From: Planctomycetota bacterium
Lineage (GTDB): Bacteria; Planctomycetota; PUPC01; DSUN01
DNA: 64,000 nt
NCBI GenBank assembly: GCA_035527715.1
Contig: DATKZY010000028.1
Location: 17,416-81,415, forward strand
Reading direction: 5' to 3'
A program made the position numbers and the translations under genes. The notes beneath the pieces were generated by a model. It was given only the letters and a program-made list of their open reading frames with translations, was not told the origin of the DNA and ran no database searches. Positions 9,838 through 18,555 of this stretch are shown here, one piece after another (the first letter of the stretch is position 1; each line of letters begins with the position of its first letter).

Positions 9838-11217
9838 ATGAAGCCGCTTGTCCCCCGTCGCACGTTCCTCCAGACCACGGCGCTGGCCGCGGCCGGCGCC
9901 GCCATGACCGCAGCAGGAGAGGCCCCCAAGATGGACGTCATCCGCGAAGCGCCGCGCGAGACCCCCATCGTCGCCGATGTGGATGTTTGCGTCGTGGGCG
10001 GAAGCTGCACCGGCGTCTTCGCCGCCGTCGCCGCAGCCCGCCTGGGCGCCAGGGTCGCCCTCATCGAGGCCAACGGCTTCTTCGGCGGCGTCGCCACCGC
10101 CAGCATGGTCAACGTCTGGCACTCCATCAAGGACATCAAGGGCGAGCAACAGGTCATCGGCGGGCTGACGACCGAGGTCGTCGAGCGCCTCGCCCGCCGC
10201 GACGCCGCCGCCTTCCGCGGCACGGCCAGCCAGTACTACATCCTCAACACCGAAGAGCTGAAGATCGAGCTGGACCTCCTGGTCGCCGAGGCCAAGGTGC
10301 AGCCGTTCCTCCACACCTTCTTCGTTGCCCCAGCCGTCGAGGACGGCCGCATGGCCGCGGCCATCATCGAGGACAAGACGGGCCGCCGGGCCATCCGCGC
10401 CAGGCAGTTCGTGGACGCCACCGGCGACGCCGACGTCGTGGCCCGCATGGGCCTGCCCGTCTACAAGCGCGACGACGTGCAGCCGCCCACCCTGTGCGCC
10501 ATCCTCCGCGGCCTCGGGGCACTGGGCAGGAAGCACAAGGGCTTCAACGTCCACGCCGCCATCTTCGACCCCAAATACCCGCAGGCCCTCAAGAAGGGCT
10601 TCGCCTGGGGCGCCCACGTCCCCGGCGGAAACGACGAGTACATGCTCGCCGGCACCCGCGTGTTCGGCGCCAACTGCGCCGACGCCGACGAGCTGACCCG
10701 CGCCGAGCTCGAAGGCCGCCGGCAGGTGCGCGCCATCTGCGACATCCTCCGCGAGAACTTCATGGACGGCAAGGGCACCCCCCTCGTGGCCCTGCCGGCC
10801 AGGATCGGCATCCGCGAGACCCGTCACGCCCGGTGCCTCCACACCCTCACCCAGGGCGAATTGCTCGGCGGCCACCGCTTCCCCGACGCCATCGGCAACG
10901 GCACGTATCCCGTGGACATCCACAGCGCCCGCGGCGCCGGCGTCACCTTCCGGCGGCTCGAGAAGGCCCCCTTCTACCAGATCCCCTACGCTTCCCTCGT
11001 GCCGAAGGGCGCCGCCAACCTCCTGGTCGCCGGCCGCAGCATAGACGCCGACGAAGGGGCCTTCGGCGCCGTGCGCGTCATGGTCAACTGCAACCAGATG
11101 GGCCAGGCCGCCGGCGTCGCCGCCTGGCTCGCCCTCGACTCCGCCAAGCCCGTTGCCGACATTGACCCCGCCCGGCTCCGCGACACCCTCACGAAGCAAG
11201 GGGCCGTCGTCCTCTGA
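9838..11217 (+). CDS. TAT-exported FAD-dependent oxidoreductase
   Basis: MKPLVPRRTFLQTTALAAAGAAMTAAG twin-arginine signal and the DVCVVGGSCTGVFAAVAAARLGARVALIEANGFFGGVAT FAD-binding motif. Confidence 0.75.
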   Translation: MKPLVPRRTFLQTTALAAAGAAMTAAGEAPKMDVIREAPRETPIVADVDVCVVGGSCTGVFAAVAAARLGARVALIEANGFFGGVATASMVNVWHSIKDIKGEQQVIGGLTTEVVERLARRDAAAFRGTASQYYILNTEELKIELDLLVAEAKVQPFLHTFFVAPAVEDGRMAAAIIEDKTGRRAIRARQFVDATGDADVVARMGLPVYKRDDVQPPTLCAILRGLGALGRKHKGFNVHAAIFDPKYPQALKKGFAWGAHVPGGNDEYMLAGTRVFGANCADADELTRAELEGRRQVRAICDILRENFMDGKGTPLVALPARIGIRETRHARCLHTLTQGELLGGHRFPDAIGNGTYPVDIHSARGAGVTFRRLEKAPFYQIPYASLVPKGAANLLVAGRSIDADEGAFGAVRVMVNCNQMGQAAGVAAWLALDSAKPVADIDPARLRDTLTKQGAVVL

Positions 11218-11401
11218 CCCCCGTTCGCCCCGTTCCGGCTCCGCGCGGCTCAACGCCGCGCTCACCCCGCTGTCCCCCTCACGCAGACCCAAAGGCCGGG
11301 CGCGTTGTGGACAAGGCAGAGCTTGTTGTGTAAACTGCAAGGGAACGCGGGCACGCATCCAGGGGACCGCTTGGGTCGTGCGGGAGGCGAGGGCAGCAGC
11401 C

Positions 11402-14400
11402 ATGTGGAAGAGAATGGTCGGTGCGGTGGCCGTCGTGGCGTGGGCGGGGCTTCCGAGCTACCCGGCCCGCGGGGCGGAGGGGGATGCGAGCACACTGGCA
11501 CGAGAGATCCTGGCCGCCACGGGGGTGCGGGGCGGACTCGTCGTGCACCTCGGCTGCGGCGACGGCAGGCTCACGGCCGCGCTGCACGCCAGCGAGAGCT
11601 TCCTCGTCCACGGCCTCGATGCCGATGCGGTGGCCGTGGACGCCGCCAGGAAGCACATTCAGTCCCTGGGCCTCTACGGCCCGGTCGCCGTGGACGTCTG
11701 GGCGGCCAAGCAGTTGCCATACGTGGACAACCTGGTGAACCTCGTGGTGGCGAGCGACGACGGGCTGGCAACGGGCGAGGAGCTGAGGCGGGTGCTGGCG
11801 CCCGGCGGCGTGGCGTACGTGAGGCGGGGGGGCGGCTGGGAGAAGCTCGCCAAGCCGCGCCCGAGGGAGATAGATGAGTGGACGCACTACCTCCACGACG
11901 CGAGCAACAACGCCGTGGCGCACGACACGGTGGTCGGCCCGCCGCGGCACTACCAGTGGATCGGCGGCCCGCCCTGGTCGCGCCACCACGACCACATGGC
12001 CAGCACGAGCGCCATGGTGTCGGCCGACGGCCGGAACTTCTACATCTTCGACGAGGGCTCGACGGCCTCGATCATGTTGCCCGGGAGGTGGTCGCTCGTC
12101 GCCCGCGACGCCTTCAACGGCACGGTGCTGTGGAAGCGGCCCATCGCTGAGTGGCACACGCATCTCTGGCCGCTCAAGAGCGGCCCGGCGCAACTGCCCC
12201 GTCGCCTCGTGGCCGCGGGCGACCGCGTGTACGTGACGCTCGGGCTCCACGCCCCCCTCTCTGCGCTCGACGCGGCGACGGGCGAGACGCTTCGGACATT
12301 TGACGGCACCCAGGCAACGGAGGAGATCCTGCACTCCGACGGCGTGCTGTTCCTCCTCGTCAACGAGGCGGCCAGGTCGGGGCCGGGCGCGCCGGCCCAC
12401 GCCAGCGTGGCGGAGGTGCGGGCCGACGCGGCGCGCCGCCGCTGGGACGAGGCTCCGCGGGCGGTCCTGGCCGTCGAGGCCGCCACGGGCAAGGCGCTGT
12501 GGAAGAGGACCGCTCCAGTCGTGCCTCTCACGCTGGCGGCAGACTCCCAGCGCGTGTGCTTCCACGATGGGGAGAAACTCGTCGCCCTCGACCGTCGCGA
12601 CGGCCACGAACTCTGGGCCTCGCCGCCCATCACCCGCCTGAAGGTGATCCCCGTCCACTTCGCGCCCACCCTGGTCCTCTACGAGGACGTCGTGCTCTTC
12701 GCGGGCGGCGAGAACTACACGCCCCACCGGGGCGCGAAGGACAAGCTGACCGCAGTCTCGGCGAAGGACGGCCACGTCCTCTGGTCGGCCGACCACGCGT
12801 GCTCGGGATACCAGTCGCCCGAGGACGTGTTGGTCTTCGGCGGCCTCGTGTGGTCGGGCGACATCACCACGCCGCGGCACACCGGCGTCCTGACGGGGCG
12901 CGACCCGCGCACCGGCGAGGTCAAGTCGCAGTTCCGGGCCGACGACTGGCCGCACATGCCCCACCACCGCTGCCACCGCGCGAAGGCGACCGACCGCTAT
13001 TACCTCGCGGGGCGGACCGGGGTGGAGTTCGTGGACGTGGCGGCGAAGCACTGGATCGCCCACCACTGGGTCCGGGGGGCCTGCCTCTACGGGCTCATGC
13101 CCTGCAATGGGCTCCTCTACACGCCGCCCCACGACTGCGCGTGCTACATCGAGTCGAAGCTCAACGGCTTCAACGCCCTCGCCGCAACCCGCAACCCGTC
13201 CGCCCCAGGCGGCGAGCGCCTCGAGCGCGGCCCCGCTTACAAAGCAGTCGGCAGTCGGCAGACGGCAGGCGGCAGGGAGGACGACTGGCCGATGTATCGG
13301 CACGATGCGGCGCGGAGCGGCGCGACGAAGGCCGCGGTGCCGACCGAGCTGAAGGCCGCGTGGCAAGCCGAGCTCGGCGGGAAGCTCAGCAGCGTGGTCG
13401 CGGCCGACGGCAAGGTCCTGGTCGCCTCCGTGGACGCCCACACGGTGCACGCCCTCGACGCGGCGTCGGGCAAGACCCTCTGGAGCTACACGGCGGGCGG
13501 ACGCGTGGATTCGCCGCCCACCGTGTGGCAGGGCCGCGTGCTCTTCGGCTCGGCCGACGGCCACGTGTACTGCCTCCGCGCCGCCGACGGCGCGCTCGCG
13601 TGGCGCTTCCGCGCGGCGCCCGACGACCGCCGCATGACCGCCTGCGACCAGGTCGAGAGCGTCTGGCCAGTCCACGGCAGCGTCCTGGTGCACAACGACA
13701 CCCTCCACTGCGTCGCCGGGCGCTCGATGTTCCTCGACGGCGGCCTGCGGATGCTGCGCCTTGACCCCCGGACGGGCGCCTGCGTGTCCGAGACCATCCT
13801 CGACGACCGCGACCCCGCTACGGGCAAAGACCTCCAAACGAACCTCAAGTGGCCCGACCTCCCGGTGGCCCTGCCCGACGTGTTGTCGTGCGACGGGCGG
13901 AGCATCTACATGCGCTCGCTTGCCTTCGGTCTCGACGGCAAGCGCCGTTACGTGAAGCACATCCCCGTCGCCGAGCAGCAGGGGGACGACGTGCATCTGT
14001 TCTCGCCCACGGGCTTCCTCGACGACGCCTGGTGGCACCGCTCCTACTGGGTGTTCGGCCGCGCCTTCGGGGCCGGCTATCACGACTTTTTCATTGCCGG
14101 GCGACTCGTCCCGGCCGGGCGCCTCCTCGTCGTCGGCGACTCGACCCTGTACGGCTACGGGCGGAGATGGCAGTACTTCACCTGGACGACGCCGATGGAG
14201 TACCACCTCTTCGCGGCCGCCAAGGGCGCCAAGGTGATTGACCCCGCGCGCCCCGACGGCAGACCCGCCCCGCCTGCCGCGAAGCAGGGCAAAGGGCCCG
14301 CGCGGCCCCCGCTCACGCGCTTCGCCTGCGAGTGGTCCAAGGAGGCCCCGGTGGCCGCGCGGGCCATGGTCCTCGCCGGCCGCACGCTCTTCGTCGCAGG

Positions 14401-15268
14401 CCCGCCCGACGTGGTGGATGAGGACGCCGCGGCCAGGGCCCTGGGCGCCGCCACCCAGGCCAAGCTCGCCGAACAGGCGGCAGCGATGGACGGAGCCCGG
14501 GGCGCGCTCCTCCTCGCCGTGTCGGCCGCCGACGGCGGGAAGCTTGCGGCGTACCGGCTCGGCTCCGCGCCCGTGTTCGACGGCATGGCGGCCGCCAACG
14601 GACGGCTCTTCCTCTCCACCACCGATGGCAAGGTGCTCTGCCTGGCCGGCGAGGGACAGCCCCTGGCCGCGGCCGCCGACGCGGAGCTGACGGACACGCC
14701 GGCCTCCCGGCCCGCTGCTCCCGCGCCCCCGTCCGTCAAGGTCGAGGAGACGACGAGCCACCCTGACTTCCAACACCTCGCAAAGGTCCGGATCACGCCC
14801 TGCGACCTGGGCTACCGCCTCCAGGCGCCCTCGGGAGAGGTCGGCTTCGCGCTCCGCAGGCTCCCCGCCCCGCTCACGAAGCAGGCGACGTTTCGGCTCC
14901 GACTGCGCATGCTCCCCAACGACGCCACGCCGCTGCCGCCGGCCAACGCCTTCCTGGCCTTCGGCGACGGGTCGGATGACGAGCATCTCGTCAAGTGCGG
15001 CCTCCGCAGCAAGGCGAAGGCGGCCTCGGTCGTCCAGGGGCCGCTGCTGACCGGCAAGGTGGCCAGCGGGGCCATCGAGCCGAAGGTCAACCAGGTGCTC
15101 GAACTCTCGGCGACCGTGGACCTCGACACGAGGAAGGTCACCGTAACCGTCCTCGGCCGCACGGTCGAAGCCGTGCTCGACCGTCCCTTGAAATCCATCG
15201 CCTACTTGGGCTATTGCATCCACAGTGTGGCCTCAGAGTTCGGCCCCATTACAGTCGAGGGCAAGTGA
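11402..15268 (+). CDS. Secreted class-I SAM-methyltransferase-like domain fused to PQQ-like beta-propellers (class A paralog 1)
   Basis: ATG 11402 gives MWKRMVGAVAVVAWAGLPSYPARGAEG (signal). This is followed by VVHLGCGDGRLTAAL...VDNLVNLVVA...LAPGGVAYV (MTase motifs I and post-I), then many PQQ-like blades (DGKVLVASVDAHTVHALDAASGKTLW and similar). A unique C-terminal domain of about 200 aa follows. Confidence 0.75.
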   Translation: MWKRMVGAVAVVAWAGLPSYPARGAEGDASTLAREILAATGVRGGLVVHLGCGDGRLTAALHASESFLVHGLDADAVAVDAARKHIQSLGLYGPVAVDVWAAKQLPYVDNLVNLVVASDDGLATGEELRRVLAPGGVAYVRRGGGWEKLAKPRPREIDEWTHYLHDASNNAVAHDTVVGPPRHYQWIGGPPWSRHHDHMASTSAMVSADGRNFYIFDEGSTASIMLPGRWSLVARDAFNGTVLWKRPIAEWHTHLWPLKSGPAQLPRRLVAAGDRVYVTLGLHAPLSALDAATGETLRTFDGTQATEEILHSDGVLFLLVNEAARSGPGAPAHASVAEVRADAARRRWDEAPRAVLAVEAATGKALWKRTAPVVPLTLAADSQRVCFHDGEKLVALDRRDGHELWASPPITRLKVIPVHFAPTLVLYEDVVLFAGGENYTPHRGAKDKLTAVSAKDGHVLWSADHACSGYQSPEDVLVFGGLVWSGDITTPRHTGVLTGRDPRTGEVKSQFRADDWPHMPHHRCHRAKATDRYYLAGRTGVEFVDVAAKHWIAHHWVRGACLYGLMPCNGLLYTPPHDCACYIESKLNGFNALAATRNPSAPGGERLERGPAYKAVGSRQTAGGREDDWPMYRHDAARSGATKAAVPTELKAAWQAELGGKLSSVVAADGKVLVASVDAHTVHALDAASGKTLWSYTAGGRVDSPPTVWQGRVLFGSADGHVYCLRAADGALAWRFRAAPDDRRMTACDQVESVWPVHGSVLVHNDTLHCVAGRSMFLDGGLRMLRLDPRTGACVSETILDDRDPATGKDLQTNLKWPDLPVALPDVLSCDGRSIYMRSLAFGLDGKRRYVKHIPVAEQQGDDVHLFSPTGFLDDAWWHRSYWVFGRAFGAGYHDFFIAGRLVPAGRLLVVGDSTLYGYGRRWQYFTWTTPMEYHLFAAAKGAKVIDPARPDGRPAPPAAKQGKGPARPPLTRFACEWSKEAPVAARAMVLAGRTLFVAGPPDVVDEDAAARALGAATQAKLAEQAAAMDGARGALLLAVSAADGGKLAAYRLGSAPVFDGMAAANGRLFLSTTDGKVLCLAGEGQPLAAAADAELTDTPASRPAAPAPPSVKVEETTSHPDFQHLAKVRITPCDLGYRLQAPSGEVGFALRRLPAPLTKQATFRLRLRMLPNDATPLPPANAFLAFGDGSDDEHLVKCGLRSKAKAASVVQGPLLTGKVASGAIEPKVNQVLELSATVDLDTRKVTVTVLGRTVEAVLDRPLKSIAYLGYCIHSVASEFGPITVEGK
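13244..13278. repeat. Heptanucleotide array (GCAGNCG x5) inside a CDS
   Basis: gcagtcg gcagtcg gcagacg gcaggcg gcaggga. It encodes the linker AVGSRQTAGGRED just before the DWPMYRHD start of the second propeller. Confidence 0.8.
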
Positions 15269-15291
15269 ACGCTGCCCAGAGGGGGTGCACA

Positions 15292-18200
15292 ATGCACAAG
15301 GCGACGACGCGACTTCGCGTCGGCCTCGCAGCCGGCGTGCCGCTGGCGTGTTGGCTTGCCCTGAGCGCTGCGTGGTCGGGCGAGCAGGGCCAGGCAAAGG
15401 AGATCCTTGCGGCCACGGGCGTGGACGGCGGACTCGTCGTGCACGTCGGCTGCGGCGATGGCAGGCTCACGGCCGCGCTGCACGCCAGCGAGAGCTTCCT
15501 CGTCCACGGCCTCGATGCCGACCCCGCGAACGTCGAGAAGGCCCGCGCCCACATCCGCTCGCTGAACCTCCATGGAAAGGTGACCGCTGAAGTGTGGGCG
15601 GGCGGCCGCCTGCCCTACGTGGACAACCTGGTGAACCTCGTCGTGGCGAGTGGCGAGTTGGGACTCGCAAGTGATGAAATCACGCGGGTGCTCGCGCCGA
15701 ATGGCGTGGCCTACGTGCAGCAGGGCGACAGGTGGACGAAGACGGTGAAGCCCCGGCCGAAGGAGATTGACGAGTGGACGCACGCCCTGCACGATGCGAG
15801 CAACAACGCCGTGGCCGACGACGCGCTCGTGGGGCCGCCGCGACACCTCCAATGGGTCGGCGGGCCGAAGTGGGCGCGCAGCCACGACCACCTCTCCAGC
15901 ACCAGCGTGGCCGTCTCCAGCGGCGGCCGCCTCTTCAGCATCGTGGACGAGGGGCCGATCGCCGCCGTCGCGCTGCCGCCTGCGTGGTGCCTCGTGGCGC
16001 GCGACGCCTTCAACGGCGTCGTGCTCTGGAAGCGTGCCGTGGGGCCGTGGGAGAATCACCTGCGCGGCTTCCGCAGCGGCCCGCCCGAGATCTCGCGAAG
16101 GCTCGTCGCCGTCGGCGACCGCGTCTACGTCACCCTCGGCTACGGCATGCCGGTCACCGCCCTCGACGCGGCGACGGGCGAGCCCCTGAGGACCTACGAG
16201 GGCACCGAGGGGACCCGCGAGATTCTCTGGCACGATGGCGCGCTCCTCCTCGTCGTGGCCGAGGCCGACGCGAAGCACGCCGCCGAGCCCGGCAAGCCGG
16301 CAGGCACCTGGCTGTTCTGGGATGAGCACGAGAAGCGCGAGCCGGCCAAGCGCCTCCTCGCCCTCGAGGCCGACACGGGCAAGGCCCTCTGGCAGAAGTC
16401 CGATGCCGACGCCGCGGGCCTGTTGCCTATGGCCCTCGCTGCGAGCGGCGGACGCCTCGTGTTCCAGACGACCCGCGAGGTCGTGTGCCTGGACGCGCGC
16501 TCGGGCCGCGAGCAGTGGCGCGCCCCGCGGCCCACGCCCCTCCGCCGGCCCGCCTGGTCGGTGCCCACGCTCGTGGTCCACGGCGACGTCGTCTACTCCG
16601 CCGACCGCGGGCTGCCCGCCCCGGCGGGCAAAGCCAAGGACGAGGGCAGCCCCTCGGGCCTCCAGCGTGTCACCACCAGTAAGGGCGGCGAGGCCCCCGT
16701 GGGCCAGCTCATCGCCTTCTCGGCGCAGAGCGGCAGGGAGCTGTGGCGCTCCCCCTGCCGCGAATGCTACAACGCCCCGGTGGACGTGTTCGTGGCCGGC
16801 GGCAAGGTGTGGACGGGCGACCTGGTGATTCACAAGGACCCTGGCGTCACGGCCGGCCGCGACCCGGCCACGGGCGAGGTGACGCTGAAGCGCGAGCCCG
16901 ACGCCCGGCACTTCGTCGTCGGCATGTTCCACCACCGCTGCTACCGCAACAAGGCCACCGAGCGCTACCTCCTCCTCGGCCGGGCCGGCGTGGAGTTCGT
17001 CGAGACCGCGACCGGCCGCACCACGCCCAACCACTGGGTGCGTGGCGCCTGCCAGTACGGGATCGTGCCCGCCAACGGCCTGCTTTACGCCCCGCACCAC
17101 TCCTGCGCCTGCTACATCCAGTCCAAGCTCAACGGCTTCAACGCCCTCGCTGCGACCCGCGGCCCCGCCGCGCCGCCCGCCGAGCGCCTCGAGCGCGGCC
17201 CCGCCTATGAGGCAGTCGGCAGTCGGCAATCGGCAGTCGGCAGTGAGGACTGGCCGACGTATCGGCATGATCCCGCCCGGAGCGGGTGCTCGCTCAGCAG
17301 TGTGCCGCCCGAGTTGAAGGTCGCGTGGCAGGCCGAGCTTGGCGGGCGCTTGACCTCGCCGGTCGTCGCGGACGGGCGCGTGTTCGTCGCCTCGGTGGAC
17401 GACCATAGCGTCCACGCCGTCCATGCGAGCGACGGCAAGCGGCTGTGGAGCTACACCGCGGGCGGCCGCGTGGACAGCCCGCCGACGGTTCACGAGGGCC
17501 TGGCCCTCTTCGGGTGCGCCGACGGCTACGTCTACGCCCTCCGCGCTGCCGATGGCGCGCTCGCCTGGCGCTTCCGCGCCGCCCCGGAGGACCGCCGAAC
17601 CGTCGCCTACGGCCAGCTCGAATCCGTCTGGCCCGTGCACGGCAGCGTGCTCGTGCAGGGCGGCTCCGTGTGCTTTGCCGCGGGCCGCTCGTCCTACCTC
17701 GACGGCGGCATCCGCCTCTACCGTCTCGATGCTCCGACTGGCAAGCTCCTCGCCGAGAAGACCCTCTCCAGCCGCGACCCAAAGACCGGCGAGGAGCCGC
17801 AAGGCACGATCCGCGGCCTCGACATGCCCGGGGCGCTCCCCGACGTCCTCTCCAGCGACGGCACGTCGCTCTTCATGCGCCACGTGCGCCTCGACGGCGC
17901 CTTGGCCCAACAGCCGCCGACTGTCCGCCACCTCTTCAGCTCCGTGGGCTTCCTCGACGACGCCTGGTGGCACCGCACCTACTGGCTCCTCGCCGCGAAG
18001 ATGGAGAGCGGCTGGAGCGGCTGGCCCGTCGCGGGCGGCCGGGCCCCCGCCGGGCGCATCCTCGTCCTCGACGCCGACTCGGTCTACGGCTACGGCCGCG
18101 ACCGCTATGGGCTGGAGGGGAGCCACGTGGGCCTCGGCAAGAGCAGCTACCGCCTCTTCGCCTGCGCCCGGGAGCCCAAGGTCACCAGGGCCCCCGCCGA

Positions 18201-18555
18201 GCCGTCCGCAAAGGCTTCGAAGAGCAAGCAGAAGGCGCCCCAGGCCCCGCCCAGGATCGAGACCCGCTGGTCGCAGCGCGTGCCGGTGCTCGTGCGGGCG
18301 ATGGTGCTGGCGGAGAAGACCCTTTTCATCGCCGGCCCGCCCGACGTGGCCGGCGGCGGCGACGAAGCGGTCGCTGCCCTCGACGGCCGCAGAGGGGGGC
18401 TGCTCTGGGCCGTCGCGGCCGGCGATGGCAGGAAGCTCGCGGAACGCAAGCTCGATTCGCCGCCGGTTCACGATGGCCTCATTGCCACCGCCGGCCGGCT
18501 CTACCTCTCCACCCTCGACGGCAAGCTGCTGTGCCTGGAAGGGGAAGCCAAGTGA
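15292..18555 (+). CDS. Secreted class-I SAM-methyltransferase-like domain fused to PQQ-like beta-propellers (class A paralog 2)
   Basis: ATG 15292 gives MHKATTRLRVGLAAGVPLACWLALSAAWSG (signal). The domain order matches the upstream gene (VVHVGCGDGRLTAAL; VDNLVNLVVAS; PQQ-like blades). Confidence 0.75.
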   Translation: MHKATTRLRVGLAAGVPLACWLALSAAWSGEQGQAKEILAATGVDGGLVVHVGCGDGRLTAALHASESFLVHGLDADPANVEKARAHIRSLNLHGKVTAEVWAGGRLPYVDNLVNLVVASGELGLASDEITRVLAPNGVAYVQQGDRWTKTVKPRPKEIDEWTHALHDASNNAVADDALVGPPRHLQWVGGPKWARSHDHLSSTSVAVSSGGRLFSIVDEGPIAAVALPPAWCLVARDAFNGVVLWKRAVGPWENHLRGFRSGPPEISRRLVAVGDRVYVTLGYGMPVTALDAATGEPLRTYEGTEGTREILWHDGALLLVVAEADAKHAAEPGKPAGTWLFWDEHEKREPAKRLLALEADTGKALWQKSDADAAGLLPMALAASGGRLVFQTTREVVCLDARSGREQWRAPRPTPLRRPAWSVPTLVVHGDVVYSADRGLPAPAGKAKDEGSPSGLQRVTTSKGGEAPVGQLIAFSAQSGRELWRSPCRECYNAPVDVFVAGGKVWTGDLVIHKDPGVTAGRDPATGEVTLKREPDARHFVVGMFHHRCYRNKATERYLLLGRAGVEFVETATGRTTPNHWVRGACQYGIVPANGLLYAPHHSCACYIQSKLNGFNALAATRGPAAPPAERLERGPAYEAVGSRQSAVGSEDWPTYRHDPARSGCSLSSVPPELKVAWQAELGGRLTSPVVADGRVFVASVDDHSVHAVHASDGKRLWSYTAGGRVDSPPTVHEGLALFGCADGYVYALRAADGALAWRFRAAPEDRRTVAYGQLESVWPVHGSVLVQGGSVCFAAGRSSYLDGGIRLYRLDAPTGKLLAEKTLSSRDPKTGEEPQGTIRGLDMPGALPDVLSSDGTSLFMRHVRLDGALAQQPPTVRHLFSSVGFLDDAWWHRTYWLLAAKMESGWSGWPVAGGRAPAGRILVLDADSVYGYGRDRYGLEGSHVGLGKSSYRLFACAREPKVTRAPAEPSAKASKSKQKAPQAPPRIETRWSQRVPVLVRAMVLAEKTLFIAGPPDVAGGGDEAVAALDGRRGGLLWAVAAGDGRKLAERKLDSPPVHDGLIATAGRLYLSTLDGKLLCLEGEAK
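17212..17246. repeat. Heptanucleotide array (GCAGTCG x5) inside a CDS
   Basis: gcagtcg gcagtcg gcaatcg gcagtcg gcagtga. It encodes AVGSRQSAVGSED at the position equivalent to 13244-13278. Confidence 0.85.

Noticed and set aside
17445-18551. The N-terminal 369 codons of ORF 17445-21197 and similar 5' extensions (5532-5717, 8874-8951, 11153-11401, 14995-15291, 21131-21208, 28606-28854, 30116-30205, 51262-51516, 52368-53123, 58960-59082).
   Set aside because: The extensions overlap the upstream gene or repeat arrays, are Arg/Pro-rich, and start at non-ATG codons in several cases. Internal starts give proper signal peptides, TAT motifs or RBSs.
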